In this document: one piece after another, positions 8,685-18,873 of the stretch
Numbering within the stretch: the first letter of the stretch is position 1
Layout: the number at the start of each line of letters is the position of its first letter
Notes under the pieces: model-generated
What the model saw: only the letters and a program-made list of their open reading frames with translations
The model's database searches: none
Told to the model about the DNA's origin: nothing
DNA from: a virus
IMG/VR virus record: IMGVR_UViG_3300045988_147927
Span: 138,995 to 202,994 of that record
Length of the DNA stretch: 64,000 nucleotides
Reading direction: 5' to 3' (one strand)
Made by a program: the position numbers and the translations under genes

Positions 8685-9474
8685 CCTTGACTTGGGAGAT
8701 GTTCTAGGTGAGCATCTCCCTTTTTCTTTTTTAATAGATACTGACAGAGATGCTAGATACTATGAAGATTTCATGACTAAATATCAAGCAATAGCTTTTG
8801 ATGGTAGATATGATAAGTATCTTAAAGAAGGGTACACATTACAAGAGATTAATGAGGCTACTAAGAAGGAGTTATTACAGGGTGCTGATAGTGCTAGAAA
8901 AAAGAGAGCGAAAAAGTTAATCACTAAATATGTAGGTGTTAATAATGATGGGTGTGTAGAGTTCTTAACGAATAGTCAATACACTCCGAATAAGAAATAT
9001 CAGCAACTTATAAAATTGAATGATGTTAAAGATATAGGTGCTTTAAAAGAGTTTAAAAAGAGTGATATAACTCGATTATTATTAAATGGGGATTTATCTG
9101 TATATTGTAGTTGTGAAGATTTTTTATATAAAGGCTATAAATATATGGCTTGGAATATGGGGTATGGTTTAGATAAGGAGAATAGATTCCCTAAAATCAA
9201 AAACCCTAGATTAGAGGGTACTATATGCAAGCATTTGATAGCTGTATTGACAGTTATTATGTTTAATAATGCTAAAATATCTTCTGATATATTCAAATCT
9301 AGAGTTGTTGGTAAGATGAGGACTAAGGGAAATACAAATCTAAGTAAGTTGAGGGAAAAGGAAGTAATTTCAAAGAGAAGTTATTGGAAAGGTTTGGGTA
9401 AAGGGATTGCTAAGTCTAGGAATAGTAGAGCAAGGTCTAAGATTAGGGCAAATAAGGTTAGTAGGCATAGGTAA
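8626..9474 (+). CDS. SWIM zinc-finger protein with basic C-terminal tail
   Basis: CxC...CxH pattern (VYCSCEDF...GTICKHLIAV). K/R-rich tail. Start uncertain (ATG 8626 or 8638); both overlap the upstream gene. Confidence 0.5.
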   Translation: MRVRMSSKNLLLRDTKNSFSLDLGDVLGEHLPFSFLIDTDRDARYYEDFMTKYQAIAFDGRYDKYLKEGYTLQEINEATKKELLQGADSARKKRAKKLITKYVGVNNDGCVEFLTNSQYTPNKKYQQLIKLNDVKDIGALKEFKKSDITRLLLNGDLSVYCSCEDFLYKGYKYMAWNMGYGLDKENRFPKIKNPRLEGTICKHLIAVLTVIMFNNAKISSDIFKSRVVGKMRTKGNTNLSKLREKEVISKRSYWKGLGKGIAKSRNSRARSKIRANKVSRHR

Positions 9475-9522
9475 TATATATAAATTTATATAAGTTTATT
9501 TTTTGTGTAAGGAGTATGAATT

Positions 9523-11076
9523 TTGTCTAGGTATTTATTAAAATTTAAATTAGACTCTCCATCTGTTAGAAGTATTTTTGGTGATAAACTTAGGGATATT
9601 TATCATTTACCGGATTTAAAAGATACTAATATTAAGAATAAAGAGGCTAAGAATATCTATACCAGTCTTTTTAGAAATTTAGAAATTAGTAAGGCTAATG
9701 ATAAGTCAGTTAGTAATACACAAGAATCTTTACCGTCAGGTTTTGCTGTTGTTGAAGGTGAAGAGATTATGTGTAGTTATGAAGATTCTGATGTACAGAC
9801 ATACAAGTTGTTTGGTATGGATGTTGGTGAGGATTTTTGTTCCTATGTAAAGTCATATAGTGGGAGTTTTCAAGTTTATAACTTATATAACCCTGATTGG
9901 ATTTTAAGTCTGAATATAAAGGTTAGAAGGAGTGATAATACTTTTATTAGTGATAATTTGGTTAGTGAGGTAGCTAATAGTGTTTTCGGTTCTTCTGCTG
10001 GGTATGATATTGCAAGGGCTGTAGCGACTGCTATGAAATGTGGTGGTCTTTATCAGATGCAAAAAGAAATTGATAGTAATGATAGTAGTAGAACAGTTCA
10101 GGAGATTCTAGGGAGTAGTATTTTTAGTGATATTGTTAGAGCCTATACAGAAGATAATTCATCTGAGGATAATAATACTGTTTTACCTGATAGTGTTGTA
10201 TACAATATCGTTAAAAGTAAGGATGAAGTTATTAGAGATGCCAAAGGTGATTTAGGTGGCAATGATGTTCCTCTAATTGTGTTAAAATACTTATTCACTT
10301 ATTGGGGGATTGTTGCTGATAACTATGCTAGAATCAAAGGTGCATTAGGTACTATTGATACATTGTCATATATCATGAGGCTACAGTTAGGGGATAAGAA
10401 ATTCTTTAAAGACTTTAGGGATTGCTATGAGATTTATGAGAATGATGAGTCTAGTCTTGATAATGAAGATTTCTCTAGTGCTAAGTTGTTAGATAAAGTT
10501 ACTTCTCCTGTATCTGTTTCTTTTGGTGGGATTAGTATTAATATTCCTTATTATGATTACCCTATAAATTGCCCTGCTTTTGAAGCTCTTAAAAATATTG
10601 ATATTACTTCTTCTTTTAGGGATGTTATGGAGTCAAATGTGGATATGTATGATACGTTTGACTTAGTTGATACTATTGATATGAGTGATGAAGAAGTACA
10701 GGCTATGGCTAATATAGATGCTTTAAGGTATATGGATAATGGTGAGTCTACTTTTAATATATCATCCTACGATATGTCTAATGAGGAAGAGAGGAGTTTA
10801 TTCTTTGAGTCTGCAATTAAGACATATGATAAGAAGTTAAAAGTATATAAACCTGAGAAAAATAATGCAGTAGTAAATTCATTATTTGATGTTATCGAGA
10901 GAGGAAGTCTTGAATCACTAAAACTAATGCCTGTGTCTGATACTGTTGATGGTAGTGATAATGTTGTTAATTTGACTGGTACAGAGTTGCAATTACAAGC
11001 TGATAAGAAAGTACTTAGGAGAGTATTGATGTTGGTAAGTAAGTTGAGTGCTAAATTATTAAAACAGTTCTTATAG
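9523..11076 (+). CDS. hypothetical protein
   Basis: 517-aa ORF. TTG start 8 nt after AAGGAG. Confidence 0.6.
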   Translation: MSRYLLKFKLDSPSVRSIFGDKLRDIYHLPDLKDTNIKNKEAKNIYTSLFRNLEISKANDKSVSNTQESLPSGFAVVEGEEIMCSYEDSDVQTYKLFGMDVGEDFCSYVKSYSGSFQVYNLYNPDWILSLNIKVRRSDNTFISDNLVSEVANSVFGSSAGYDIARAVATAMKCGGLYQMQKEIDSNDSSRTVQEILGSSIFSDIVRAYTEDNSSEDNNTVLPDSVVYNIVKSKDEVIRDAKGDLGGNDVPLIVLKYLFTYWGIVADNYARIKGALGTIDTLSYIMRLQLGDKKFFKDFRDCYEIYENDESSLDNEDFSSAKLLDKVTSPVSVSFGGISINIPYYDYPINCPAFEALKNIDITSSFRDVMESNVDMYDTFDLVDTIDMSDEEVQAMANIDALRYMDNGESTFNISSYDMSNEEERSLFFESAIKTYDKKLKVYKPEKNNAVVNSLFDVIERGSLESLKLMPVSDTVDGSDNVVNLTGTELQLQADKKVLRRVLMLVSKLSAKLLKQFL

Positions 11077-11091
11077 TGTCGAGAGATTCTA

Positions 11092-12390
11092 ATGGATATA
11101 ATTACTAAAGATAATAGATACTTTATTCAGATAGATGAGTTAGATGGGTTACATAAGAATTTAGGTTTGAGTAATTCATTTATAAGAAGTGTGCAGATAG
11201 CAAATAGGTCTGTCAAGATAAAGAATGGGTTAGATATTGATAAAAATTACCTAGTGATTGATAGAGTTACTGATAATGATGCGACATTTATTAATCTTTT
11301 TGGTATATGTGTTGATACAAAGACATTTAATATAGCTTTTGGTTTAAATGTTGAATCAGATGATTATATTTTAGTTGGAAATGTTGGCAAATTATTATGT
11401 AATGTGCTAGAGATTAAAAGGTTGCCTGATTGGTTTGATGTTAAGTATCTGCTAGGTTTACTTAAATATGATACAGTTAATACTATATACAATTTTGATA
11501 AGATATTAGTTGAGATGTATAAGTGTAATTTTAATTGTGATGTTGATACTAGCAATTCTATTGTATATGAGATTGTTAAGCAAAAAGAGTCAGAAAAAGA
11601 TACGTTTATTAATGACCCTTTAATTCATAAAGTTATGTATAGCAATACTTTGTACTTATATAAATTTATTAATAAGTGTTTAGTTATACATCAGACCTTT
11701 ACAAGACAGGCAATGTTTTTCTTTAACAATTTTATATTAGAGAGTTCATATGATGAGATGTACTCTAATTATCTTATGTTGTTTTCAAGTGGTGAATTTT
11801 CAATCAAGAATTTATATCAATATTCAGATAGTAATGTTGATATGCTGTATTTGTATTATTTGAGTAAAGGTATTCCTTGTGTATACTTAAATGCATTAAT
11901 GTCTTATGCTTTGTTTTTGAGGCAGAGAGTTATAATGTTTAAAAATTTAAAGAGGTCAAATGTATTGTCTAATATGGATAGTATTGTTAGATGTGCTTTG
12001 AAGATACAGTCTAGTTGTTATAGTAGTAATGATAAATCACAGATATTTGTATATAATTGTATTCAGTTGTTGAAATATAAAGATAAGTATGACATATTTG
12101 TTTTTGCCATAGATAGCAATAATACATATTTAGTTGAGTATATATTAAGTGGGTTAGGGATACTTGATATGCTTAGTGATAATAATATAAGTGTTGTTGA
12201 GTTTTGTAAGTATACATTAGATTACGATAAGAATGTGCAGTGTTTAGTTGATGGGATGTCTTTGTATAGAAAACCAATAATAGATGGACAGTCTAATTTT
12301 GTTCATGTTGGTGTGTCAAGGATATACAATGTGTGTAAGACATTTAATACGTTTAGTAAGTCATTATTGAATTTATTTAATAGAGATTGA
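11092..12390 (+). CDS. hypothetical protein
   Basis: 432-aa ORF, tightly spaced. N/Y/L/C-rich with no recognised motif. Confidence 0.6.
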   Translation: MDIITKDNRYFIQIDELDGLHKNLGLSNSFIRSVQIANRSVKIKNGLDIDKNYLVIDRVTDNDATFINLFGICVDTKTFNIAFGLNVESDDYILVGNVGKLLCNVLEIKRLPDWFDVKYLLGLLKYDTVNTIYNFDKILVEMYKCNFNCDVDTSNSIVYEIVKQKESEKDTFINDPLIHKVMYSNTLYLYKFINKCLVIHQTFTRQAMFFFNNFILESSYDEMYSNYLMLFSSGEFSIKNLYQYSDSNVDMLYLYYLSKGIPCVYLNALMSYALFLRQRVIMFKNLKRSNVLSNMDSIVRCALKIQSSCYSSNDKSQIFVYNCIQLLKYKDKYDIFVFAIDSNNTYLVEYILSGLGILDMLSDNNISVVEFCKYTLDYDKNVQCLVDGMSLYRKPIIDGQSNFVHVGVSRIYNVCKTFNTFSKSLLNLFNRD

Positions 12391-13004
12391 GGGGGTTGCA
12401 GTTGAGGGGTTACTTATTTTATAAGGATAAGACTTTGATAGAATTACGAAAGTTTCTAACAAGTGGTGATTCTATTTTTGGCAAGTTTAGACCACAGGCT
12501 ATGGATTTCATCAAGTATGCTAAGAATGAGTTAGATACTGAGCTTGATACAATGGCAAATAATGGTGGGTTTGAGTTGGATAGTATTGTACTTGAAAAAG
12601 TCTTTCCTACAAAATATAAATGGTTTGTTAGAGATGTCAAGTTAAAGGCTCTTAGGTCTTATTTAAAAGAAGTTGAGTCAAGGATACAAGAGTTTCAAGG
12701 TGGTAAAGAGGATAATTTAAGGTTATTGATAGGGGTACACTTTTTAAGGTTTGTTTTATTGACAAAATTAGTTACATTATATGTATCTACATATAGTGAG
12801 ATGAAAAGAGTGGGTTTGAATGTTGATAATCTAACAATAAGTGAGATTGGTATAGGTCAATCAATTTTAAAATACATTCTATCTTTTGAAGAGTTTGACA
12901 ATAAGACTATAGATGATTGGTTGAATTTGGTAGTAGATAGTAATTTGATGAAATATTATTTCTCTACAATGAAGAGAATAATGTCTATTTTAGATTTTAA
13001 GTAA
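12387..13004 (+). CDS. hypothetical protein
   Basis: 205-aa ORF. TTG start overlaps the upstream TGA. Confidence 0.55.
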   Translation: MRGLQLRGYLFYKDKTLIELRKFLTSGDSIFGKFRPQAMDFIKYAKNELDTELDTMANNGGFELDSIVLEKVFPTKYKWFVRDVKLKALRSYLKEVESRIQEFQGGKEDNLRLLIGVHFLRFVLLTKLVTLYVSTYSEMKRVGLNVDNLTISEIGIGQSILKYILSFEEFDNKTIDDWLNLVVDSNLMKYYFSTMKRIMSILDFK

Positions 13005-13018
13005 TATAGGGGATATAG

Positions 13019-16000
13019 ATGTATAGTATTAATAACTTTTTCCCTTTTATTGATAGGGCTGATTTTGTAAGGAATATTAGGGAAGTTCATAATATTTCTG
13101 AATTTTTTGGGTTTGAAGTTACAAAGACTGATTTTGATGTGGATACTAAGGGTGATAGTCATGTCTTAAAGGCATATAGGGTATTACCTAGTAACACACT
13201 ATTTTTAATGGAAGTTCCTAGTGTTGTAAAAGATGTATTTAATGGTATTTATGGGCAGGAAGTTACTGTAGATATTATTGAATTAGATTATCAAGGAATT
13301 TCTAATTTAATTAATTGTGAAGAAGTGAATGACAGTCTATGTGCTACTTTATATTGTAATGGTGGTTTTGATTCAGAGAATATTATTACAGATACTTTTA
13401 TAAATGCTTGCGGTAATGGTATCGAAGTTCCTTATGATGTAGCAAAAGATTTCCTTATTCTAGAAGATTCTGATAGAAAGTCTAGGGATGTAAATATAAA
13501 TGATTGGTTGTATGATAATGAGCATATTGATGAAAGTTATATTATGGAGTCAGCTGCTGATACATTACAACTGTTAAAAGATAGACGTAAGAATGGTAAA
13601 GATAACTATGCTGAGGAAGTTAAAGGTAAGGATGCAATTTACACTTGGTTAGATGCTTATTTCTCTTTACCTGAAGGTGAGGAAATTAAAAGTGGTGGTA
13701 GGGAAGTTGTTCCACTTTTAATAGGGCCAACCGCCGTTTTCAAATCTGCTACAATTAAAGAATTGTGTAAAAAGTATAATTACAGAATGGTTGACTTTAG
13801 GGTTGCATTTACTTCTAGGTTGGATTATAGTGGTCTATTTCAAATTGGTGAGGTAGAGGGTAAGAAGTATAGCTATGCTTGTCCTATGGAAGAATTGGTT
13901 GTATGTTCTGATGGTTTCCGTGAGTTTTGTAAGCAGTCTTATCAAAAATTAGAAGATATTTTACAAAAGGGGTATATTGAAAAAGATGTAGCCTCTGATG
14001 GTAATGTAGTTGAGAAAGAGCAACAAACCATATCAGATGAGCAGAGAGAGAAGATTGTAAAATTACAATTACAATATAAGGAGTACATGAAAACACCAGT
14101 ACTATTCTTTGATGAAATTACACGTTGCTCTAATAAAGGTGTTAATGGTATTCTTGTACAATTATTGAATCAAAAAAGATTAAATGATATGACATTTAAT
14201 GGGTGTAAATTTGTTGCCGCTACAAACTTAGATATTCAAAAGGGTTTAGAACGTGAAGAGTATAAGATGGAGTTAGAGACATTATATGATGTTAATACTG
14301 ACCTTGATGTTGCGTACTCCAATAGGTTCATTCCTTTGAAGGTATATCCTGAAGATGTTCAAGATAGATGGTTTGAGTGGGCAAAATCTTTAACATCTAA
14401 GAAAGGATTTACAGATACACCTAATATACACCCAGTAGTATTAGAGTTCTTAGAGAAGAATAGGGATTATGTATATAATGATAAACCTGTAATAGATGCT
14501 ATTGCTAATGGATTATCAGATAATGAACAAAGAACAGCAGTTTTCCCTAATTATCGTACATGGGATATGTTGTCTGAGTACTTGTATTCTATTGATGAGA
14601 GTGCTAGTATTGACAATGATGATAAAGATGGTGCAGAAGAGAAGTTATATAAGCGTAGATTAGTTGAGGGTTATATATCTAAGTGGTGTTGTGATAAGTT
14701 TTTACCTTTCTTAGAATCAAAAGGATATAAAGAATATGATTCTGTTAAAGAACCAGTAGAAGATACTGTAAGTGATTTTCTAGATACTGCTTTAGAGAAT
14801 AATTCTCCTGCCATGTTAATCGGGCCGTCATCATTAGGTAAGACCAGCAGGGTTAAAGCATATATGAAAAAAGTTAAGTTACGTACTGGTTTAGAGCCAG
14901 TTTTAATTAATGTAAACTTAGCTAGTAAAGATGCTGTTGACCTTATGGGTATGCCTGTTAAACAATCATTAACTGAATATGTTGGTGGTGGTATATTAAA
15001 GGGTTCAGGTTTAGAAGAGGTTTCTAAAGAATTACAGAATATTGTAAAAAGTGTTTCTAGTGATATCAAATATGGTATGACAGATTTATTGACTTTGAGG
15101 GCGCCAGACAAGACTGTTAAGGATAGGTTTATCACTGCACTTAAAGAGGGTAGAGAAGTTATTTTATTCTTTGATGAAGTTAATAGGGTTCAATCAAGTA
15201 CTGTCACTTCTGCCGTTTTTGAGGCTGTTTCAGATAGTAGGTTTGGTGGTGTAGATTTTTCTGAGTATAAAGACAGAGTAAAAATCATCGCAGCTTGTAA
15301 TATGGCTTGGGAAGGTATGGAAGAAGATGGTGGTGGTTATGGTGATACTGGTACACTAGACCCTGCATTTGCCGCTAGGTTCTCTATTTATTGGAAAAAA
15401 GAATATGATGAGCAGGATGTTAAGTCTTGGATTAGTTTTATGGAGTCTGAGAGAGAAGATGGTACTATTGATGGTACATTACTAGATTTCTTTAAAGATT
15501 TAGATACTAAACAGGCTTTAAAAATTATGGCTAGTGTAGAAAAACGTACATTAGAAGATGCACAACCTTCTACTCGTAATATGTTACAGCTGTCAAAAGA
15601 TATAAAATCTATGCGTGGTAGGAATACATCTAAAGGTTTTATGCCGAAGGCTTTCAATGGTAAAATATTGTTTACTGACGATGTTCAAGCACAATATGAA
15701 AACTTGGTATTTGATAGGCAGTCTAATTCATTAGAAGTTCAAGTTCAAAAAACTATTAAGTTTATAGATTCATTGTTGTATGGTAAAGACTTATGGGAGT
15801 CTTTATTAATAAATGATTCTGTAAAAGTAGGTGGTACTTCAATTTCTGCAAGTGATATTGTAGATAGTTTGGAGGCTTGTTCTTTAGATTTAAAACAGTA
15901 CAACTTAAAGGCTATGTCATCTGATGATAGAGATGAGTGTAGTAATACTCTTGATTTGGTTCAGGATTTAGCAGATTTTATTAGGAGTTTAGATATCAAG

Positions 16001-16534
16001 ACTTCTAATAAACGTGAAGATATTTTCAAAATGTATCTAGGTGAGAGTATTCTTGGTGAGTTTACAAAATACTTTAACAATACTTTTGGTACAGGATTAG
16101 ACGAAGATATTACTATAGAACAGTTAAAAGATGATACTTTGATTATTCCTTATATGAAGTTAGTACAAAGGAATTTCTCTAAGTTTAGTGGTAATACTGA
16201 AAAGATTGTTAATTACTGTTTAGGTTTGTGTAAAGACTTTATGGGTGTTCATGGGACATCATTACCTAATAAACATTATGCTATGTTTTTGAGTGGTATT
16301 AAGGATATATTACCTAATGCTGATAATATGGTTCTTTTCTTGCGATTGTCTGGTGAAGATATTGAAAAGATGTATGAAATGGCAGAGGCTGTGGGTGATG
16401 ATTGGATTATAGATATCACAAGTGATTATGGTACTCGTGTTACTAAAGAATATATTGATAATATTCGAAAACTAATTAGTGATAGCAAAAAAACAAAGAA
16501 AAGTATTAGTAAATCTAAGTTTACAGTTTTATAG
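13019..16534 (+). CDS. Tandem AAA+ ATPase (two MoxR/AAA_5-like modules)
   Basis: Module 1: Walker A LLIGPTAVFKSAT, Walker B VLFFDEITRC, then FVAATN. Module 2: Walker A MLIGPSSLGKTSR, Walker B ILFFDEVNRV, then KIIAACN. Both have the D..DL.G-type motif after Walker A (SRLDYSGL, KDAVDLMG). Confidence 0.75.
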   Translation: MYSINNFFPFIDRADFVRNIREVHNISEFFGFEVTKTDFDVDTKGDSHVLKAYRVLPSNTLFLMEVPSVVKDVFNGIYGQEVTVDIIELDYQGISNLINCEEVNDSLCATLYCNGGFDSENIITDTFINACGNGIEVPYDVAKDFLILEDSDRKSRDVNINDWLYDNEHIDESYIMESAADTLQLLKDRRKNGKDNYAEEVKGKDAIYTWLDAYFSLPEGEEIKSGGREVVPLLIGPTAVFKSATIKELCKKYNYRMVDFRVAFTSRLDYSGLFQIGEVEGKKYSYACPMEELVVCSDGFREFCKQSYQKLEDILQKGYIEKDVASDGNVVEKEQQTISDEQREKIVKLQLQYKEYMKTPVLFFDEITRCSNKGVNGILVQLLNQKRLNDMTFNGCKFVAATNLDIQKGLEREEYKMELETLYDVNTDLDVAYSNRFIPLKVYPEDVQDRWFEWAKSLTSKKGFTDTPNIHPVVLEFLEKNRDYVYNDKPVIDAIANGLSDNEQRTAVFPNYRTWDMLSEYLYSIDESASIDNDDKDGAEEKLYKRRLVEGYISKWCCDKFLPFLESKGYKEYDSVKEPVEDTVSDFLDTALENNSPAMLIGPSSLGKTSRVKAYMKKVKLRTGLEPVLINVNLASKDAVDLMGMPVKQSLTEYVGGGILKGSGLEEVSKELQNIVKSVSSDIKYGMTDLLTLRAPDKTVKDRFITALKEGREVILFFDEVNRVQSSTVTSAVFEAVSDSRFGGVDFSEYKDRVKIIAACNMAWEGMEEDGGGYGDTGTLDPAFAARFSIYWKKEYDEQDVKSWISFMESEREDGTIDGTLLDFFKDLDTKQALKIMASVEKRTLEDAQPSTRNMLQLSKDIKSMRGRNTSKGFMPKAFNGKILFTDDVQAQYENLVFDRQSNSLEVQVQKTIKFIDSLLYGKDLWESLLINDSVKVGGTSISASDIVDSLEACSLDLKQYNLKAMSSDDRDECSNTLDLVQDLADFIRSLDIKTSNKREDIFKMYLGESILGEFTKYFNNTFGTGLDEDITIEQLKDDTLIIPYMKLVQRNFSKFSGNTEKIVNYCLGLCKDFMGVHGTSLPNKHYAMFLSGIKDILPNADNMVLFLRLSGEDIEKMYEMAEAVGDDWIIDITSDYGTRVTKEYIDNIRKLISDSKKTKKSISKSKFTVL

Positions 16535-16625
16535 TTTAGTATTTTAAGTAGAGGTGGTAGTAGCAGATATGTAGTAGTATAAATGTTACTACTATCTCTA
16601 TTATTTTATGAGAGGTAAAATTCTT

Positions 16626-17015
16626 ATGTTGGATGTTTCTTATATTGATAATTTTGTAAGTAGATTACCTATAGATAGTATGGATTTTGGGGATAATGTT
16701 ATTTCTAATGGTGATATTGTTGAGTGTTATGCTCCAGAATACAGTTTTTCTATTATTAATAATGCTATAAGGAGTTATAACCCTTATAGTTCTAAGATTG
16801 TTGATAATGGCACTACATATGTTGAGGTTAAAGATACTATTTATGTTGATGGGTTAAAGACAGATGTAAGGTATCTATTTTTACAAGGTGACTTTGGTAA
16901 GGGTACTAGGGTTAAAATGATTACTGATAGTGTATATGCCTATGTTAATCACGAGGTTAAGCAATTTAGTGGGTTCAATACATATAGTGCTTATATTGAT
17001 AAATTCGTAGTGTAG
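16626..17015 (+). CDS. hypothetical protein
   Basis: ORF 16608..17015. ATG 16626 lies 10 nt after GAGAGG. Confidence 0.55.
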   Translation: MLDVSYIDNFVSRLPIDSMDFGDNVISNGDIVECYAPEYSFSIINNAIRSYNPYSSKIVDNGTTYVEVKDTIYVDGLKTDVRYLFLQGDFGKGTRVKMITDSVYAYVNHEVKQFSGFNTYSAYIDKFVV

Positions 17016-17025
17016 AGGTGACAAT

Positions 17026-18861
17026 ATGGGTTTATCAAATAAGATTAGAGATAGAAAGAAAAGAGTTATTAATTTTATTAATTCTTTGTCTGATAGGTAT
17101 GTAGAATCTTTGGGTGGATATACGCCTTCTATTAATGAGGGTAGCGATAATAAGATTGTCGATTTAGATGCTGTTCAGAGCATTATTGATGAAAATAGTT
17201 TTGAAAAGATAACTTTTGGTAAGGATATGGTGAATCCTTATGATAGTAAGGCAGAAGTTAGGATTTTCTTTATGACAAATAAGAATAAAACTATTGATGA
17301 TACGATGCCTAATACTTATAGGATAGCAATAGAAGAGGTACATGATAGGTATAGTGATGAGATAAGTTATGAGGTTAAATATGGTTTTATTGGAAGGACT
17401 AAAGTAACAGATTTTAATGAATCACCTTTAAAATATAATACAAAAGATGCAACAATGACTTTTGATATTTTGGCAAGTAAGTGTGATAGTGATGTTATAT
17501 ATGATTCCTTAGTAGGTGTTGTAAAAGAAAACTTGCATAATTTTGATATTATGGCATATAGTATGTTTACAAGTAATGACTTAAAACATCTGAGAAGTAG
17601 AGCAGTTTCTACTTTGGCTGTTGGTCTACATAAAAGGACAGGTAAATTCATTTATTATTTTAACCCTGATTTTATTTTGAGGGAGGCATTAGAGGAATAC
17701 TGTAATAATGGTGATATGTATAGGTCATTAAAGGATTGTTATGTTTATCTTTTAACTTTCTTTATTGCACATGAGATGGCACATCTAGTTACTAATAATA
17801 GTACACATAGTATTAAGAATAGCTTTGTTGATTTAGATGACACATATGCTAGTGGTGGTGTTGATAATGTTGTAATGGATGGGTTTATTAATGCTAAGTT
17901 AAAGATAGTGTTATCAAGATTGCCTAACATTTCAAATAAGGCTAAAGGTATTGGTGGTGTTTTTCCTAGTAATTGCATTACAGATATTATTCATTTGAGG
18001 GCACAGCATAATGTGGGGCTAAAAAGTTTTAAATCATTCGATGAGATGACAGAAGTTGTTATAGCATCTATAGATAATGTATCTAAATTGTTTGGTGAAG
18101 AGACAGAAGTAAAATTTTATAATGAGACTAGGAAAGATAGTATTAGTCCTTATGTTGGTGCTGATATATTTTGCAATATTTACATAAATGGTTCTTTTAA
18201 GAAGTTGAGGAGTAGTTCTCATATCTTTCAAAAAGTAATAAATGATATTATTAGGTCAATCACCGATGGGAAAATCTATTGGTCTAAAAATGGTGGTATT
18301 ACTGATGAAGAAAAAGTTTCTGATAAAGAGATTTTAAAAGATGGTACTTTAGTTAAGGTTAAAGGAACATCTGTTGTTGGTATTGTTAAATCTCATAGAG
18401 AGATACCTAAAGGAAAGTATATTGTACAAGAAGTGTATAGTGTAAATTACACTAAAATAGATAAAGTAGATGATACTGATTTGGGAGATGGTAAGATTCT
18501 ACATACACCAATATATGTTGATAGTGGTAATTTTTATGCTGAGTTAGATAGGAAATATATATTACCTATAGAATCTTCTTATGGTTCTTGGATAGAAGAT
18601 ACGAATAAGAGTGATAAAACAGAGTTATCTGAGGAAGATTTAGCTGATAATGATGGTAGTGGTATGGGTGAGATGGATGGTTCCAGTAGTGATAGTGGTT
18701 CTAGTGGAAATTCACCTAAATCAATTAGTGTTGGTGATATTGTGTGGGTTGCTAAGAAAAAAAGGTTCGGAATTGTAACATCTATTGTTAATGGTGTGTT
18801 CCATGTAGAGGATGTTAGGGAAGAGCCTTGTGTTGTTTTAGATGATTCTGATAATCATTAA
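17026..18861 (+). CDS. HExxH metallopeptidase-like protein (DUF2201_N-like) with C-terminal small beta-barrel repeats
   Basis: FFIAHEMAHLV zinc-binding motif in a helical context. Two SH3/KOW-like segments (GTLVKVKGTSVVGIVKS; GDIVWVAKKKRFGIVTS) separated by an acidic, G/S-rich linker. Confidence 0.5.
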   Translation: MGLSNKIRDRKKRVINFINSLSDRYVESLGGYTPSINEGSDNKIVDLDAVQSIIDENSFEKITFGKDMVNPYDSKAEVRIFFMTNKNKTIDDTMPNTYRIAIEEVHDRYSDEISYEVKYGFIGRTKVTDFNESPLKYNTKDATMTFDILASKCDSDVIYDSLVGVVKENLHNFDIMAYSMFTSNDLKHLRSRAVSTLAVGLHKRTGKFIYYFNPDFILREALEEYCNNGDMYRSLKDCYVYLLTFFIAHEMAHLVTNNSTHSIKNSFVDLDDTYASGGVDNVVMDGFINAKLKIVLSRLPNISNKAKGIGGVFPSNCITDIIHLRAQHNVGLKSFKSFDEMTEVVIASIDNVSKLFGEETEVKFYNETRKDSISPYVGADIFCNIYINGSFKKLRSSSHIFQKVINDIIRSITDGKIYWSKNGGITDEEKVSDKEILKDGTLVKVKGTSVVGIVKSHREIPKGKYIVQEVYSVNYTKIDKVDDTDLGDGKILHTPIYVDSGNFYAELDRKYILPIESSYGSWIEDTNKSDKTELSEEDLADNDGSGMGEMDGSSSDSGSSGNSPKSISVGDIVWVAKKKRFGIVTSIVNGVFHVEDVREEPCVVLDDSDNH

Positions 18862-18873
18862 GGTAGGTGTAAT

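Noticed and set aside
9475-9522. T4-type late promoters (TATAAATA) upstream of structural genes, expected if the sigma-like protein is gp55-like.
   Set aside because: Only partial matches were seen (tataaatt near 9485, tataaatg near 16578, and a full TATAAATA inside the terminator stem at about 38685). There is no consistent placement upstream of late genes, so no late-promoter class is claimed.
14671-15135. Minus-strand ORFs in the supplied track, e.g. 14671-15135, 34884-35378, 35201-35521, 18858-19211, 41390-41785, 56884-57183, 27255-27608.
   Set aside because: Each lies entirely inside (antisense to) a longer + strand ORF with recognisable domains or within repeat DNA. They translate to low-complexity S/L/F/T-rich strings, lack RBS signals, and are the expected shadow ORFs of a strongly strand-biased, C-poor sequence.
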